Positions 63,476 to 64,000 of a stretch of 64,000 nt of DNA are shown piece after piece. Source of the stretch: Octopus bimaculoides. Lineage: Eukaryota. Under the pieces are notes generated by a model, which had not been told where the DNA came from, did not search any database, and saw nothing but the letters and a program-made list of their open reading frames with translations. Each line of letters opens with the position of its first letter. Within the stretch, counting starts at the first letter, position 1. The DNA is taken from NCBI RefSeq assembly GCF_001194135.2, contig NC_068985.1, positions 49,244,605-49,308,604 of the forward strand, given 5' to 3'. Made by a program: the position numbers and the translations under genes.

Positions 63476-64000
63476 CATAAATAATATAAACAGCACAGAA
63501 TTTTGTCAGTGACCAGGTTGCAGTCTCAAAGTGACGNNNNNNNNNNNNNNNNNNNNNNNNNNNNNNNNNNNNNNNNNNNNNNNNNNNNNNNNNNNNNNNN
63601 NNNNNNNNNNNNNNNNNNNNNNNNNNNNNNNNNNNNNNNNNNNNNNNNNNNNNNNNNNNNNNNNNNNNNNNNNNNNNNNNNNNNNNNNNNNNNNNNNNNN
63701 NNNNNNNNNNNNNNNNNNNNNNNNNNNNNNNNNNNNNNNNNNNNNNNNNNNNNNNNNNNNNNNNNNNNNNNNNNNNNNNNNNNNNNNNNNNNNNNNNNNN
63801 NNNNNNNNNNNNNNNNNNNNNNNNNNNNNNNNNNNNNNNNNNNNNNNNNNNNNNNNNNNNNNNNNNNNNNNNNNNNNNNNNNNNNNNNNNNNNNNNNNNN
63901 NNNNNNNNNNNNNNNNNNNNNNNNNNNNNNNNNNNNNNNNNNNNNNNNNNNNNNNNNNNNNNNNNNNNNNNNNNNNNNNNNTATATATATATATATATAT

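Overview
AT-rich, microsatellite- and SINE-dense eukaryotic DNA with ten N-gaps. The repeat families look like those of a coleoid cephalopod, probably Octopus (inference). The main gene is a minus-strand FGD-family Cdc42 GEF (DH-PH-FYVE-PH). I reconstructed 14 consecutive coding exons by hand (54375 down to 22159, about 459 codons), all with GT-AG sites and consistent phases. Its 5' exons lie outside the window or in gaps, and its last exon runs into a gap. At the far left, a plus-strand terminal coding exon (890-1029) ends in a GPI-signal-like hydrophobic tail and belongs to a convergent gene. The rest is decayed transposons: Tc1 (DD34E-type), maT (DD37D), a two-left-arm mariner foldback, piggyBac, hAT and pogo-like MITEs, RTE LINEs, RLE-type LINE ends in (AAT)n, and several tRNA-derived SINE families. 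The least expected signal is a set of unrelated type-I minimal hammerhead-ribozyme motifs of the Penelope-like-element kind, most of them in or next to inverted repeats. Two lie in FGD introns on the sense strand, and one is joined to a tRNA-derived Pol III head. Ribozyme activity is predicted, not shown.
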